A stretch of DNA of 64,000 nt from Bacteroidota bacterium (GTDB lineage Bacteria; Bacteroidota; Bacteroidia; Sphingobacteriales; Sphingobacteriaceae), in the NCBI GenBank assembly GCA_039798705.1, contig JBDKFN010000002.1, positions 32,290-96,289 of the forward strand, given 5' to 3'. Numbering within the stretch: the first letter of the stretch is position 1; each line of letters starts with the position of its first letter. The notes under the pieces are model-generated. The model was not told the origin of the DNA, ran no database searches, and saw nothing but the letters and a program-made list of their open reading frames with translations. The position numbers and the translations under genes are program-made. Positions 9,880 to 19,592 of this stretch are shown piece by piece.

Positions 9880-11217
9880 TTAAAATCTGAATTGCATACG
9901 TGCTGTGAAAACATTATCCGATTTGTCATAATTATATCCGCTTATGCCAACTGTTTCATTTGTGATCATATCATAATAAAACATGAATTTTAAATTCGCA
10001 CTAGCTAGGTAGTTTACACCAATTCCATTGGTAGTATATTTAATGTCTCCTGTACCAAACTTCCCAGCTGAGTTAATTTGATATCCTGCAACTTTTGAGT
10101 TTGGATCGTATACATCATATTTGTATACCAATTGAAAAGGAAGGTTAGCAATTTTGTGAATGAAATAGAAATATCCTGCATTGAAATTTCTAACATATGC
10201 TTTCCCTACCGGCGCAAACTCAGAACTTCTACTAGAAGATGCAACTCCAGGTTGTGTACCTGCAACATATTCAGCTCTTAAAGTGGTAATGCCTAAACCA
10301 TGGTCAAATGAAACTTGCGCATCTACTCCATAATAAGTTCTTTTTGCATAGTCGCCAATGTTGCTACCATTCTTATTTGCAATAAAATTTGGGGTAGCAC
10401 TATTTGTCATATCGATACCAGAGTATACAGTTGAATCTGTTTGCAATACACTTCCATTATAATAAGATACTCCTAAACCATATTGAATGCGTTCGTTTTT
10501 AGTAGAACTATTTAAAGTAACTTGTCCAATAAAATCTTTGCGAGCATCAAATTCACGAGCAATACCAGGACCATTAAAAATACCTGCGTTGATTTTAAAC
10601 ACATGTAATGGTGAAGTTTTAGGTGCTTGCAATGTTACCATCGCGCCTAAATCTCTTTCATTTGGTAATAAACTTTGAACAAATCTTGAACGCTCAGGTG
10701 TTTCCCTAACTTGTGAAGATTGCGAAACCTCAAATCCAAATGGACGGTTTTGCATACCTACAGTTAATGTCAATGGGTTCCAAAAAGGAGCATTGATTTT
10801 CATATAGAAATCTCTCACGTTAACTGCAAATGGAATTGCAGAAGATGAAGTTCCTACTGAAGTTCCTGGTGTTAATGTTGGATCAACTACATCTAATTGT
10901 AATACATATTGCGCATATGCTTGCTCGTAAGTAAATTTAATCCTACCACGACGTAATATCATGCGGCTGTCAGAGAACGGTTGAAAATTTCCACCGGCTA
11001 CACTCGCAGCGCCTAAAGTATCAATGTGTTGGTATTGCGCTTGGATCCAACCATTGATTTTTATTTTTTTCAAAAAAGTCAAATCCCCCTCTGCTTTTGC
11101 AACTCTTCCTGACAAGTCATTAAATGTACTGTCGTTAAGTGTTACATTCTGTGCATTTGCTCCAAAAGTAGCAAGGGTAAGTAAAATTAAAAGGATTTTA
11201 ATGTTAAGCTTTTTCAT
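9880..11217 (-). CDS. Outer-membrane beta-barrel porin, probably phosphate-selective (OprO/P-like), first gene of the pst operon
   Basis: Signal peptide; alternating beta-strand pattern; C-terminal aromatic residue (...ARMQFRF). Lies 34 nt upstream of pstS on the same strand. Confidence 0.55.
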   Translation of the reverse strand: MKKLNIKILLILLTLATFGANAQNVTLNDSTFNDLSGRVAKAEGDLTFLKKIKINGWIQAQYQHIDTLGAASVAGGNFQPFSDSRMILRRGRIKFTYEQAYAQYVLQLDVVDPTLTPGTSVGTSSSAIPFAVNVRDFYMKINAPFWNPLTLTVGMQNRPFGFEVSQSSQVRETPERSRFVQSLLPNERDLGAMVTLQAPKTSPLHVFKINAGIFNGPGIAREFDARKDFIGQVTLNSSTKNERIQYGLGVSYYNGSVLQTDSTVYSGIDMTNSATPNFIANKNGSNIGDYAKRTYYGVDAQVSFDHGLGITTLRAEYVAGTQPGVASSSRSSEFAPVGKAYVRNFNAGYFYFIHKIANLPFQLVYKYDVYDPNSKVAGYQINSAGKFGTGDIKYTTNGIGVNYLASANLKFMFYYDMITNETVGISGYNYDKSDNVFTARMQFRF

Positions 11218-11410
11218 AATTACTGTTAAGTCTATGTGATTTAATTGTTAACTGTTAGCAAATTTGTAAAGTTAATGTTACCCTTTTATTTCGCTTATGT
11301 TAAGAAATTGTTAAGAATGTGGTGGTTGGTTATTAAATTACTGAAAATGAAGCAGATAGGTTTTATGACAATGTTAATTTAATGCTAAAAGCATCGATTA
11401 ATGTTAAGAA
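11202..11410 (+). promoter_or_regulatory. Array of nine same-orientation TGTTA(A/G) direct repeats (five TGTTAAG, three TGTTAAGAA) in the porin-pst promoter region; candidate Pho-box-like response-regulator sites
   Basis: Copies start at 11202, 11224, 11246, 11253, 11276, 11298, 11309, 11372 and 11402. Several spacings are exactly 11 or 22 bp. No copy lies in the opposite orientation. Confidence 0.5.
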
Positions 11411-11428
11411 ATAAACAAAATGAGTCTT

Positions 11429-13366
11429 TTATAGTAATTCTGTGCTTTCTTCAATTATAGTAGAAGGCAGGGTGTCAACAACCAAAATCATGCTTTTAGC
11501 TAAACCCTTAACCTTTACACTATTAAATATACCGACTGTGTCTGTTGCAGGTACCTTTCCCCTTCGAACCATTAAACCACCGATTAACTTGAAATACTTA
11601 TGCATGTAAGGTTTTAATTCTGCATTAGTTAGGAAAGAATTTTTAAATCGTTTTGGCTTCGGAACTATACTTGCTAAGAAAATGCTTTCTCCTAAATTTA
11701 ATTCGCTTGGAAACTTATCGAAATAGAATCTTGATGCTTCTGTAATACCATATACATTTGGCCCCCATTCAATAATATTTAAATAAACTTCAAACATTCT
11801 TTGTTTGTCTACCAACCTGCCATTTTCTATCATCCAAACAATTAACACCTCTTCTAACTTGCGTGCAACTGTTTTGTTTCTGTTTAAAAATATATTTTTA
11901 ACCAATTGCATAGAAATAGTACTGCCGCCGCGTTTGAATCGACCAGCTACAAAGTTAGTTGCAATAGACTGCCTAAATGCTTCCTCATAAAAGCCGCGAT
12001 GTGAGAAGAATAATGGATCCTCTGAAGTCAATAAAGCATTCTTGATATAATCTGATATTTGCGCATAAGGAGTAAATCCAAAGCTCTCAGGACCAACAAT
12101 CATAGACTTTACAGCATTACCACCTTCAAATGCAGTATAAATAAAACTGCTGTTTATTTTCTGAAAATTAACATTTCCGTATTGTAAAATCTTAAAGTTC
12201 TCTCGGCTAAGTTTCGAATCAAATTTACAATGCCAAGGGTCCTTACTGTCTAAATAAAAGTTTAAATGATACGCTAAATTTCCTGCCACTTTTATTCCTT
12301 CTAAAGACTCGAACAAACCTTTTGGAAATGAGTTTAAAAATTTCTGAGCAAAAGTGTTTTCTGTATTGATTTTTAATTCATAAATTTTTTGTGGAGCAAT
12401 GGTGTATTTCAAAAATGGATGAATTTTTATTTCTCCTAAAGAAGCAACAGAGCTACTATCTATGGCAACAAAATTTTCGCCAATAAGCATTTTGCAATCT
12501 ATAGCAGCCGAAGACACAACCACTTCTTTTTGCGCAAGCTTTGGGTGTTTGATCATTAAATTATGAATGTGCCAATTCCCTGAAATGCTTAAATTACCTG
12601 ACTTGTAGTCGATGGCATCCATTCGAGTAGAAATAGTATCAAAATTTAATTTTAAGCCAAACTTTTCTTCTAGATAAGGAAATTCCACTTTTTTATTCTC
12701 TGCATAAAATTGCATGTTTAACTTTTTCTCTTCCGGATTAACATATCCTTCTGCATGCCAAACAGACTCATTTTGATTTAAAATAAAGGTAGAATAAAAT
12801 CGGTTGTTTAATATTTGAATGGCTTTTGCCGCAACTTGAAATTGGTGTTTATTATCAACAACTTTTAAATGACAATCTTGTATATCTAACCTAGCTGGAA
12901 CTTTATATAATAAATCATTGATTAAGTTGTCTGCTAAATGTGCTAAATCGATTTTTTGATTGGTGTTGTTGAGTGTATCTTTCTTTTTACTTTTCAATAA
13001 AAATTCAAAATTTCTTTTACCCGCTTGGTTAATCAATTGCAAATTAGCACCACTCACAACAAGTTCTGAAAGTTTAATTCTTCCAATAAGCATAGGCAGT
13101 AATTCCACCTTTACTTTAAAATGCGATACCGATAAAAGGGTGTCTAAAGAGTCGGGTAAAATACTGATCTCGTTCATTACAACAGTACTTAACCCTTCAA
13201 ATTTAGCCTGTTTGATTGCTATAGTTATTTTATTGCGCTCTTTTTGACTCGTAATTACCCTGTCTATTACGCCATGCATGATTCGTTCCCTTAGTCCAAT
13301 TGCCAAACCAATTCCGATAAAGAGCAATGCAAGGATTACAAAAAGTGCGATTTTTATTTTTTTCAT
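11429..13366 (-). CDS. Monofunctional peptidoglycan glycosyltransferase (GT51) with a large membrane-anchored N-terminal domain of unknown function
   Basis: C-terminal GT51 motifs (EDPLFFSHRGF, GGSTISMQLVKN, RKLEEVLIVWMIE). No transpeptidase domain. I prefer the start at M20 (13366, MKKIKIALFVIL...) over the track start at 13423. Confidence 0.8.
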   Translation of the reverse strand: MKKIKIALFVILALLFIGIGLAIGLRERIMHGVIDRVITSQKERNKITIAIKQAKFEGLSTVVMNEISILPDSLDTLLSVSHFKVKVELLPMLIGRIKLSELVVSGANLQLINQAGKRNFEFLLKSKKKDTLNNTNQKIDLAHLADNLINDLLYKVPARLDIQDCHLKVVDNKHQFQVAAKAIQILNNRFYSTFILNQNESVWHAEGYVNPEEKKLNMQFYAENKKVEFPYLEEKFGLKLNFDTISTRMDAIDYKSGNLSISGNWHIHNLMIKHPKLAQKEVVVSSAAIDCKMLIGENFVAIDSSSVASLGEIKIHPFLKYTIAPQKIYELKINTENTFAQKFLNSFPKGLFESLEGIKVAGNLAYHLNFYLDSKDPWHCKFDSKLSRENFKILQYGNVNFQKINSSFIYTAFEGGNAVKSMIVGPESFGFTPYAQISDYIKNALLTSEDPLFFSHRGFYEEAFRQSIATNFVAGRFKRGGSTISMQLVKNIFLNRNKTVARKLEEVLIVWMIENGRLVDKQRMFEVYLNIIEWGPNVYGITEASRFYFDKFPSELNLGESIFLASIVPKPKRFKNSFLTNAELKPYMHKYFKLIGGLMVRRGKVPATDTVGIFNSVKVKGLAKSMILVVDTLPSTIIEESTELL

Positions 13367-13407
13367 GATTAAAGGCTGAAAATAATAAATAATAAATGGA
13401 ATAATGG

Positions 13408-13415
13408 TAAATTTG
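13408..13415 (+). promoter_or_regulatory. Candidate -7 promoter box (TAAATTTG)
   Basis: TAnnTTTG match 17 nt upstream of the ATG at 13433. Confidence 0.3.
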
Positions 13416-13432
13416 TTTATCAAATATCAAAG

Positions 13433-13813
13433 ATGAAATATTTAGCTTTTATAGTTTTAGGATTAAGCGTGTTGCTAAATAGTTGCAAAGAGGAAAACCC
13501 GAGCGACCCATCAGTTGTCATTACTAAAATTAGCCCCAACAACCACCAAGTTTACAATTGGAACGATACAGCTTTTTTCAATATTACTTTCTCAGATAAC
13601 AGTCAAATAAAATCAACAAGCCTAAGAATATACCTTGCAACTGGTAAAAACTTATTACAAATTTCCGACAAACCAAATAGTAAAACAGCTGTTATAGATA
13701 CATTCATTATTATGAATGATAGCAGTTATACGTTCGTCAATTTTGACATTATTGCGGAAGACGATGCTGGCAACACAAGCAGTAAAAGCAGTCACATACA
13801 CATCAGAATTTAA
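13433..13813 (+). CDS. Hypothetical lipoprotein (small beta-rich, Ig-like)
   Basis: Lipoprotein signal (LSVLLNSC). No recognisable catalytic motif. Confidence 0.5.
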   Translation: MKYLAFIVLGLSVLLNSCKEENPSDPSVVITKISPNNHQVYNWNDTAFFNITFSDNSQIKSTSLRIYLATGKNLLQISDKPNSKTAVIDTFIIMNDSSYTFVNFDIIAEDDAGNTSSKSSHIHIRI

Positions 13814-13862
13814 TTTATTTAATAAATAACATTTCAATCTAATTGAAATACAAACAACCAAA

Positions 13863-14942
13863 ATGTATACCAAAGAACAAATACTAAGTGCGCTAAGTAA
13901 TGTTGAAGAACCCGATTTGAAAAAAGATTTGGTTACCCTTAACATGATTGAAGATGTTGAAATTAATGGGAACGAAGTTAAATTCTCTGTTATATTAACT
14001 ACTCCTGCATGTCCATTAAAAGCCATGATTGAAAATGCATGTATCAACGCGATACATCATTTCGTAGATAAAAATATTATCGTTAAAGCAAACATGACCA
14101 GTAGGGTAACAAGCACTACTCAAGATCCGAGTTTTCCGAACATTAAAAATATTGTTTTGGTTGCTTCTGGAAAAGGTGGAGTTGGCAAATCAACTGTTGC
14201 CGTTAACTTAGCCATTAGCTTAAGTAAACAAGGTGCAAAAGTTGGCTTAATTGATGCAGATATTTATGGACCATCTATTCCGATGATGTTTAAATTAGAA
14301 GGTGCAAGACCAGGCGCAGAAAAAAATGGAGAAAAAGTAAGTTTAATGCCTTTAGAAAAGTATGGTATTAAATTGCTGTCTATCGGATTTTTTGTAGATC
14401 CAAATCAAGCAATTCCATGGAGAGGTCCGATGGTAACTACTGCATTGAAACAATTATTTACTGATGCAAACTGGGGTGAACTGGATTACCTTATCGTTGA
14501 TACGCCACCAGGAACTGGCGATGTACATATTACTTTAGGGCAACAATTCCCAATTACAGGAGCTGTAATTGTAACCACTCCTCAAAATGTAGCTGTTGCA
14601 GATGCTAGAAAAGGAATGGCCATGTTTAGAATGGATGGTATTAAAATTCCGGTTTTAGGTGTTATTGAAAACATGTCTTATTTCAGCCCTGCAGAAATGC
14701 CCGATCAGCAATACTTTATTTTTGGTAAAGATGGTGGCAAAAAATTAGCAGAGCAATTTGAAGTGCCATTTTTAGGAGAAATACCATTGGTGCAATCTGT
14801 TGGCGAATCTGGCGATATGGGTGAACCTATTTCGTTAAACGAAACCCATCCAACTGCATTGGCAATGGCTCAAATTGCTTCAAAAGTAGCACAACAAGTC
14901 GCTTTAATCAATGCAGGTATGCATGTAAATAATCTAAATTAG
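13863..14942 (+). CDS. Mrp/NBP35 (ApbC) family Fe-S cluster carrier ATPase
   Basis: N-terminal DUF59-like segment; deviant Walker A (SGKGGVGKST); DTPPGTGD; length and order typical of the family. Confidence 0.9.
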   Translation: MYTKEQILSALSNVEEPDLKKDLVTLNMIEDVEINGNEVKFSVILTTPACPLKAMIENACINAIHHFVDKNIIVKANMTSRVTSTTQDPSFPNIKNIVLVASGKGGVGKSTVAVNLAISLSKQGAKVGLIDADIYGPSIPMMFKLEGARPGAEKNGEKVSLMPLEKYGIKLLSIGFFVDPNQAIPWRGPMVTTALKQLFTDANWGELDYLIVDTPPGTGDVHITLGQQFPITGAVIVTTPQNVAVADARKGMAMFRMDGIKIPVLGVIENMSYFSPAEMPDQQYFIFGKDGGKKLAEQFEVPFLGEIPLVQSVGESGDMGEPISLNETHPTALAMAQIASKVAQQVALINAGMHVNNLN

Positions 14943-14959
14943 AATTATTATAAATAGTG

Positions 14960-14967
14960 TATCTTTG
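14960..14967 (+). promoter_or_regulatory. Candidate -7 promoter box (TATCTTTG)
   Basis: TAnnTTTG match 26 nt upstream of the ATG at 14994. Confidence 0.3.
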
Positions 14968-14993
14968 TAAATAATTATCCTTATTAAATTAAA

Positions 14994-15287
14994 ATGAATA
15001 CAAGTCCAGAATTAATAGAACGCATTGAAAATGCATTAGACCAAATAAGACCTTACTTAGAAGCAGATGGCGGCAATGTCGCTTTGCAAGAAGTAACTGA
15101 AGATATGGTAGTGAAATTAAAACTATTGGGCGCTTGCGGTTCATGTCCAATGAGCATCATGACTTTGAAAGCTGGAGTTGAACAAGCGCTTAAGCGTTCC
15201 ATTCCAGAAATCAATTCTGTTGAAGCAGTAAACATCACGGATGCAGATGACCCGAACGCTGTTCTTCCAGAAAGATTGAGAAACTAA
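14994..15287 (+). CDS. NifU C-terminal-domain family Fe-S scaffold-like protein
   Basis: [12 protein letters not shown] and [11 protein letters not shown] (CxxC) motifs. Follows the mrp-like gene. Confidence 0.85.
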   Translation: MNTSPELIERIENALDQIRPYLEADGGNVALQEVTEDMVVKLKLLGACGSCPMSIMTLKAGVEQALKRSIPEINSVEAVNITDADDPNAVLPERLRN

Positions 15288-15290
15288 AAA

Positions 15291-15331
15291 AACGAAAAGA
15301 GCGTTCATACGATATGACCGCTCTTTTCGTT
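15291..15331 (+). terminator. Rho-independent terminator after the nifU-like gene
   Basis: aacgaaaagagcg-(15-nt loop)-cgctcttttcgtt: 13-bp perfect stem with a T-rich 3' side. Confidence 0.7.
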
Positions 15332-15356
15332 TAATAAAATTATAGCACTGTTTGTT

Positions 15357-16007
15357 TTGAAAAAATTCACCCTTTACTTATTTCTTTTCTTGTTTGTGTT
15401 TGCGATTCAAAATAGCCAAGCGCAAGAAAAGAAATTAGTGCAATTTTCTGGCGTTATTCTTCATGCAGACAGCTTAGCCCCTCTTCCCTTTGTCAATGTT
15501 TTCAATGTTTCTAGAGGATACAAAGGAACTTTCAGTGATTTTCGCGGTTTCTTTTCTTTAGTAGTTGGCGTAGGTGATACTGTTCGCATTGCTTGCTTAG
15601 GATTTAAAAAACAAGAGATTGTTATTCCAGATAATTTAATTAACAACTCGGTATCTGCAATCTTTAAATTAAAGCCGGAGAGTTTTAACATTCCAATGGT
15701 TTATATTTTCCCATTTGCAACTGTTGAACAATTCAAACAAACATTCTTGAAATTAAAATTAGCTGATGACGACTTGATGTTGGCACAGAAAAATTTAGAT
15801 GAAAGGGTGATGAATACGTTCAAGAATACCATGGCTTGGGATGGTTCCCAAAACAGTAAATATTTTTTCCAGCAAAGCAGCGAAAAGCTCTATTGGGCTG
15901 GACAAAACCGCTATAACCCTTTGTTTGACTTAGTAAAAATCAATCAATTTATTCAACTCCTAAACGAAGGTAAAATCAACTTGAGAAACGAGAAAAAAGA
16001 AGACTAG
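15357..16007 (+). CDS. Hypothetical secreted protein with a carboxypeptidase-regulatory-like (CarboxypepD_reg) N-terminal domain
   Basis: Signal peptide (…IQNSQAQ); FSGVILHADSLAPLPFVNVFN...GFF pattern typical of that fold. The only in-frame start is a TTG at 15357. Confidence 0.5.
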   Translation: MKKFTLYLFLFLFVFAIQNSQAQEKKLVQFSGVILHADSLAPLPFVNVFNVSRGYKGTFSDFRGFFSLVVGVGDTVRIACLGFKKQEIVIPDNLINNSVSAIFKLKPESFNIPMVYIFPFATVEQFKQTFLKLKLADDDLMLAQKNLDERVMNTFKNTMAWDGSQNSKYFFQQSSEKLYWAGQNRYNPLFDLVKINQFIQLLNEGKINLRNEKKED

Positions 16008-16585
16008 TTTTTTCTCTTCTTTTGAGCAGGATATTTCATCTTGTACTCTGGACGAATAATCCCTTTAGTAATGGCATCCAATTTCTTTACAATCAACCTT
16101 TTCTTTATAGGAGAAATTTTATCTACGAATAATTTTCCTTCAATGTGGTCGTATTCATGTTGAATAATGCGCGCTAAAATACCGTCGTATGTTTCTTCAA
16201 TGGTTTGAAAATTTTCGTCTTGGTAACGAATTTTTATAACCGATTTTCTAGATACTTCTTCTCTTACTTCTGGAATGCTTAAACATCCTTCAGAAAAAGA
16301 CCACTCTGCACCAGACTCTTCTAATATTTCTGCGTTGATAAATACTTTTTTGAAATTTAATTGCTTAGGCTTGTCCTCTTCGTCCTCGTCGAAAGGTGAG
16401 GCGTCTATTACAAATAGGCGGATAGCTAAACCCACTTGAGGAGCCGCCAAGCCTACACCATGCGCATGATACATGGTTTCAAACATATCAGAAATTAATG
16501 CAGGAAGCTGTGGGTAATCAGACGAAATATCCACACCAACTTTTCTTAATACAGGGTCGCCAAAAGCAATTACTGGTAATATCAT
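16004..16585 (-). CDS. def: Peptide deformylase
   Basis: GVGLAAPQVG, EGCLS and HEYDH motifs. Confidence 0.95.
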   Translation of the reverse strand: MILPVIAFGDPVLRKVGVDISSDYPQLPALISDMFETMYHAHGVGLAAPQVGLAIRLFVIDASPFDEDEEDKPKQLNFKKVFINAEILEESGAEWSFSEGCLSIPEVREEVSRKSVIKIRYQDENFQTIEETYDGILARIIQHEYDHIEGKLFVDKISPIKKRLIVKKLDAITKGIIRPEYKMKYPAQKKRKN

Positions 16586-16593
16586 TTTAAAAA

Positions 16594-17010
16594 TTAATGG
16601 TTGATTGATTCCATGTAAGACTGTAAAATTATAATTGCGCTTACCAAATCAATGTGTTCTTTTTTTTCTCTATCTTTTTTTGATTTACCACTTTGCGCAA
16701 TAACTTGCGATGCCATTTTTGAAGTAAATCTTTCGTCTATTCTTTTAATTGGAATAGTAGGAAATGTAGCGTTTAACTTTTGCACAAAATCATTGATCAT
16801 TTGTGCAGACATAGAAGGCTCATTATTCATTTGTTTAGGTTCACCCACAACAAATAATTCCACCTGTTCATTAGTTAAATAGGTCTTGATGTAATCGATA
16901 AGCTCTTGACTAGCAACGGTTGTTAAGCCGGTAGCAATTATATTTAACGGGTCGGTAACGGCAATTCCAGTCCGTTTTAATCCATAGTCAAAAGCCATCC
17001 ATCTTCCCAT
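16594..17010 (-). CDS. ruvX: Holliday-junction resolvase-like / pre-16S rRNA nuclease RuvX (YqgF)
   Basis: MAFDYGLKRTGIAVTD N-terminus and DERFTS motif. Start is ambiguous: ATGs at 17037, 17010 and 16998. An internal one is more consistent with homologues. Confidence 0.8.
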   Translation of the reverse strand: MGRWMAFDYGLKRTGIAVTDPLNIIATGLTTVASQELIDYIKTYLTNEQVELFVVGEPKQMNNEPSMSAQMINDFVQKLNATFPTIPIKRIDERFTSKMASQVIAQSGKSKKDREKKEHIDLVSAIIILQSYMESINH

Positions 17011-17129
17011 GTTGCAAAGATAATCGCATTCCAACATTATTAAACTTTTTATTCATAATATTTAAAATGATTGTCTAAAAAATTGATCCATGCGATTGGC
17101 TTATCGCGCTAAAATTGCTAAATTGCCCT

Positions 17130-18272
17130 ATGTTTTTTAAAGATATTCCGGGGCAGCAAGCGGTTAAAGAAAGATTAATAAATTCTGTAAAAGAAGCACG
17201 CATTAGTCATGCGCAATTATTTCTTGGGCCAGAGGGAAGTGGAAGTTTAGCGCTTGCTTTAGCTTATGCGCAATATATTTCTTGCTTAGACAAACAAGCA
17301 GACGACTCTTGCGGAAAATGCAGCGCCTGTACCAAGTATCAAAAACTCATACACCCAGATTTACATTTTAGCTATCCATTTATTTCAAAAGGTTCGGCAG
17401 AAACTGCTGTAAGCTATATTAAGGAATGGCGCAAAGCCATTGCAGAGAACCCTTTCATGGGCATTGAGCAGTGGATGGAATATTTAGATGCAGAAAACAA
17501 ACAACCCAATATCAATATAGCAGAATGTCATGCTATTATTCAGAAGCTTGTTTTAAAATCTTTTGAAGCAGAATATAAAATTATATTAATCTGGTTACCC
17601 GAATATTTAGGCGCTGCAGGAAACTCCCTTCTTAAATTAATTGAAGAACCCCCTGCAAAAACCTTATTTATTTTAATAGCTGAAAACTACGATCAAATTC
17701 TTTCAACTATTTTATCTAGAACACAACTCATCAAAATTCCAAAATTGAGCGATGATGTGCTAAAAACATATTTAATTGAAAACGGTTGTCCGCAAGAAAA
17801 AGCAGGTAGGGTAGCTTATTTAGCGAATGGAAATATTTCTGCGGCGCAACAATTACTTGCCGAAGACGATGACGATTTAGAGAGTTTATTCATTCAATGG
17901 TTTAGGCTTTGCTATGCTAGAAAAGGAATTGAGGTAAACGATTGGATAGACCAAGTAGCAAATGCGAGATTTGGTAGAGAAAATCAAAAAAACCTATTAA
18001 GATTTGGATTACAAGTAATCAGAGATTGCCTAATGGTAAATTTGGATAACAATAGCATTGTAAAGTTTGAAAGCAAGCATTTTGAGCTTTCTAAGCTTGC
18101 AGGGGCAATTAATTTCGAAAATGCGCCATTACTCATCAAAGACCTTGAACAGGCAGTTTATCACATTGAACGCAATGCCAACCCAAAAATCATGTTTTTG
18201 GACCTTAGCATTCAGATGATGAGAAATTTACAATTGAAAAATGTAAATTCGCAGTTAACAATAAACGAATAA
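17130..18272 (+). CDS. holB: DNA polymerase III subunit delta-prime
   Basis: HAQLFLGPEGSG, zinc module CGKCSACTKYQKLIHPDLH, LLKLIEEPP and SRTQ. The track start at 17115 is a TTG; the ATG at 17130 (MFFKDIPGQ) is preferred. Confidence 0.75.
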   Translation: MFFKDIPGQQAVKERLINSVKEARISHAQLFLGPEGSGSLALALAYAQYISCLDKQADDSCGKCSACTKYQKLIHPDLHFSYPFISKGSAETAVSYIKEWRKAIAENPFMGIEQWMEYLDAENKQPNINIAECHAIIQKLVLKSFEAEYKIILIWLPEYLGAAGNSLLKLIEEPPAKTLFILIAENYDQILSTILSRTQLIKIPKLSDDVLKTYLIENGCPQEKAGRVAYLANGNISAAQQLLAEDDDDLESLFIQWFRLCYARKGIEVNDWIDQVANARFGRENQKNLLRFGLQVIRDCLMVNLDNNSIVKFESKHFELSKLAGAINFENAPLLIKDLEQAVYHIERNANPKIMFLDLSIQMMRNLQLKNVNSQLTINE

Positions 18273-18276
18273 AACT

Positions 18277-19590
18277 ATGGGATGTGGATCATGTTCAACC
18301 GGAGGCTGTGCGCCGGCTGGTTGTAAAAGCAATGGTTCTTGTATGACGGATGGAGGTTGCAGTAAATTAGATGTGTACGATTGGTTCGCCAATATTGACA
18401 TGCCTTCTAATTTCCAGCCATTTAATATTGTCGAAGTGAGATTTAAAGGCTCACGTAAAGATTTTTATCGCAATGTTGATCAAATATATCTTGAACTAGG
18501 GGAATTGGTATGTGTAGAATCGGGAAGTGGCGGCTACGATGTAGGCCATGTAACGATGACGGGAGAGATGGTTCGCTTGCAGATGAAAAAAAGACATGTT
18601 TCACCAGACTCATCAGAAATCAAAAAAATATATCGCAAGGCTAGCCCTTTAGATGTAGACAAATGGAAAGCAGCAAAAGAATTGGAGCATGAAAACATGC
18701 ACAAGGCTAGAACTATTGCCTTGCAATTAAAGCTAAACATGAAATTGAGCGATGTCGATTACCAAGGCGATAAAACAAAGGCTACCTTTTATTATACCGC
18801 CGACGACCGTGTTGACTTTAGAGAGCTAATTAAAAAATTAGCAGAAGAATTTAAAGTTCGTATTGAAATGCGTCAAATAGGTATGCGTCAAGAAGCAAGC
18901 CGACTAGGTGCTATAGGCTCATGTGGTAGAGAATTGTGTTGCTCAACTTGGCTTACCGATTTTAAAACGGTGAGTACTGCTGCTGCACGATATCAAAACC
19001 TTTCGCTCAATACCTTAAAGCTTGCTGGACAATGCGGCAAATTAAAATGCTGTTTGAATTTTGAACTTGACACTTATATGGATGCTTTGAAAGACATTCC
19101 AGATGATGTGAAAGAATTGAAAACAAAAATTGGTTCTGCTTATTTACAAAAAACAGATATTTTCAAAAAGATCATGTGGTTTAGTTACCGCGGTTCAGAT
19201 AATTGGGTAGCATTACCAGCAGTAAGGGTTAAAGAAATTATGGCCATGAATAAAAATGGCGAATTCCCTGAAGAGCTATCAAATGTTACTGTTCAGCCTG
19301 TTTTAGTAGAGCGTATTTTAGATTACGACAATGTGGTTGGTCAAGATAGTTTGACCCGCATGGACGAACGCAATAAGAAAAAGAAGAAGAACAACAATAA
19401 CAGAAATAAAAACCGCAATAAGCCAAATAACGCTAGCTCAAAAGAGCCGCAAGCGGCCGAAGCTGCGACTGGTAACAAACCCAACAATGCGGCAGGCCCA
19501 AGAAATAACAATAGGCCGCCACATAGGGCAAACAACAGACCAAATAATAAACCGTCGAATCCATCTTCGAACGAAAAACCAAAAGAATAA
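18277..19590 (+). CDS. PSP1-domain protein (RicT/YaaT family) with a Cys-rich N-terminus and an N/K/P-rich C-terminal tail
   Basis: PSP1 core with Cys clusters (GSCGRELCCSTW, GQCGKLKCCLNFE). holB-ricT synteny matches the Bacillus holB-yaaT arrangement. Confidence 0.8.
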   Translation: MGCGSCSTGGCAPAGCKSNGSCMTDGGCSKLDVYDWFANIDMPSNFQPFNIVEVRFKGSRKDFYRNVDQIYLELGELVCVESGSGGYDVGHVTMTGEMVRLQMKKRHVSPDSSEIKKIYRKASPLDVDKWKAAKELEHENMHKARTIALQLKLNMKLSDVDYQGDKTKATFYYTADDRVDFRELIKKLAEEFKVRIEMRQIGMRQEASRLGAIGSCGRELCCSTWLTDFKTVSTAAARYQNLSLNTLKLAGQCGKLKCCLNFELDTYMDALKDIPDDVKELKTKIGSAYLQKTDIFKKIMWFSYRGSDNWVALPAVRVKEIMAMNKNGEFPEELSNVTVQPVLVERILDYDNVVGQDSLTRMDERNKKKKKNNNNRNKNRNKPNNASSKEPQAAEAATGNKPNNAAGPRNNNRPPHRANNRPNNKPSNPSSNEKPKE

Positions 19591-19592
19591 AA

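Noticed and set aside
13367-13423. N-terminal extensions in the ORF track: transglycosylase 13423; pntB 62858; pntAB 63156; and TTG-initiated extensions at 3275, 3316, 17115 and 49358
   Set aside because: Internal ATGs give N-termini that match family expectations (signal/TM start or conserved first motif). They also remove overlaps with upstream genes.
13655-14047. 130-aa minus-strand ORF spanning the end of the lipoprotein gene, the spacer and the start of the mrp-like gene
   Set aside because: It overlaps two better-supported plus-strand genes. The sequence has no recognisable features. It is most likely a chance open frame.
19370-19590. A/C-rich low-complexity DNA resembling a microsatellite or repeat
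   Set aside because: It is in frame within the PSP1 gene and encodes the N/K/P-rich tail. It has no exact tandem unit.
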